Source: a virus. Taken from it: DNA of 64,000 nucleotides. The notes below the pieces were generated by a model. It was not told where the DNA came from, ran no database searches, and was given only the letters and a program-made list of their open reading frames with translations. The stretch is from the IMG/VR virus record IMGVR_UViG_3300021131_000003, positions 1 to 64,000 of that record, one strand, 5' to 3'. Positions 63,374 to 64,000 of this stretch are shown piece by piece (positions within the stretch are counted from its first letter, which is position 1; the number at the start of each line of letters is the position of its first letter). The translations under genes were made by a program, and so were the position numbers.

Positions 63374-64000
63374 TATAGATACTTAGCTTTTTCCTCATCA
63401 GAGGCATACATTAAGTTTGCATCCCTATGAGCATACGCATTTCTATCATTCATAATTACAAATGCGTATTTGAACTTATCATCAAGTATAGGTTCAGCTT
63501 TATGAGCATATACGTAATTAGACGGCATAATAACAAAGTCACCAGCTGTCGCTTTATATTTTACGTTAAAGTTTGAAAAAGTTAGCTCTCCACCCTCGTA
63601 GTCATCATTGGGGTAGCCTACAGCAGATACTACGCACCTATACGAGTGACCATCATCAGAGTGCTCATTGAAGTATTCACCCATGCCATATCTGACTACG
63701 CTATTGACTTCGTGAAACTTCATTATCCCACAGCGGTATAGGGTTGAGTAATGCTGTAGGCATTGCTCTAAAGCCTCCGTAATAAGCTTATCTACTTCAA
63801 ATAAGTCTTTTGAGTATTCATCCTCTTCACCAAGTAATCTTGGTGCAAGTTTAAAGTCCTTACAACGTCTATGCTCGGTGTTTAATGATTCGAACCCAAC
63901 TCGCGCATCTTTCCAAGCAAAACGGGTACCTTCTTTAGCTAAAGCCGCTTCAATACGGTTTACTAGGTTCCACTCTTGCTTTAAAGAGTTTTTATAAACA
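63373..64000 (-). CDS. 2OG-Fe(II) oxygenase, 5' end beyond window
   Basis: Frame is open from the window edge; HSD, YPNDDYEGGEL, H, KY. Confidence 0.85.
   Translation of the reverse strand, partial: VYKNSLKQEWNLVNRIEAALAKEGTRFAWKDARVGFESLNTEHRRCKDFKLAPRLLGEEDEYSKDLFEVDKLITEALEQCLQHYSTLYRCGIMKFHEVNSVVRYGMGEYFNEHSDDGHSYRCVVSAVGYPNDDYEGGELTFSNFNVKYKATAGDFVIMPSNYVYAHKAEPILDDKFKYAFVIMNDRNAYAHRDANLMYASDEEKAKYL

Noticed and set aside
63373-63723. 116-aa ORF as a complete gene
   Set aside because: Frame stays open to the window edge, so the true start lies beyond 64000
1-64000. tRNA genes, inteins, introns, alternative genetic code
   Set aside because: No cloverleaf in the short intergenic gaps; core enzymes have normal lengths and intact frames under code 11

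Overview
A 64-kb stretch of a tailed dsDNA phage genome with a contractile tail, almost certainly infecting an Actinobacterium: it carries two whiB genes, leaderless-type promoters and a secreted transglycosylase, and its gene style resembles freshwater actinophages. Nearly all genes are on the minus strand. In transcription order they are: 2OG-Fe(II) oxygenases and a sulfotransferase; a PASTA-domain protein; a plus-strand transglycosylase-whiB cassette; lysis genes; terminase, portal, scaffold and N4-gp56-like capsid; a ~16-kb fibre/adhesin block; neck, sheath, tube, chaperone, tape measure and baseplate; then replication and recombination genes (initiator, DnaC-like loader, DnaB, primase, dNMP kinase, SNF2 helicase, SSB, PolA, RecA, Hjc-like nuclease, WhiB, Cas4-like nuclease, RuvC). 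I saw no tRNA, CRISPR array, integrase or reverse transcriptase. The best leads are two complete A/B/C triads of a ~170-aa paralogous domain bridged by an FN3 fusion, a start-less +1 ORF behind TTT-CGA in the tail chaperone gene (likely programmed +1 frameshift), a beta-module repeatedly inserted and nested in virion proteins, candidate structured RNAs, and a hydroxylase/sulfotransferase set that may modify virion proteins. All calls come from manual motif reading; no database searches were run.
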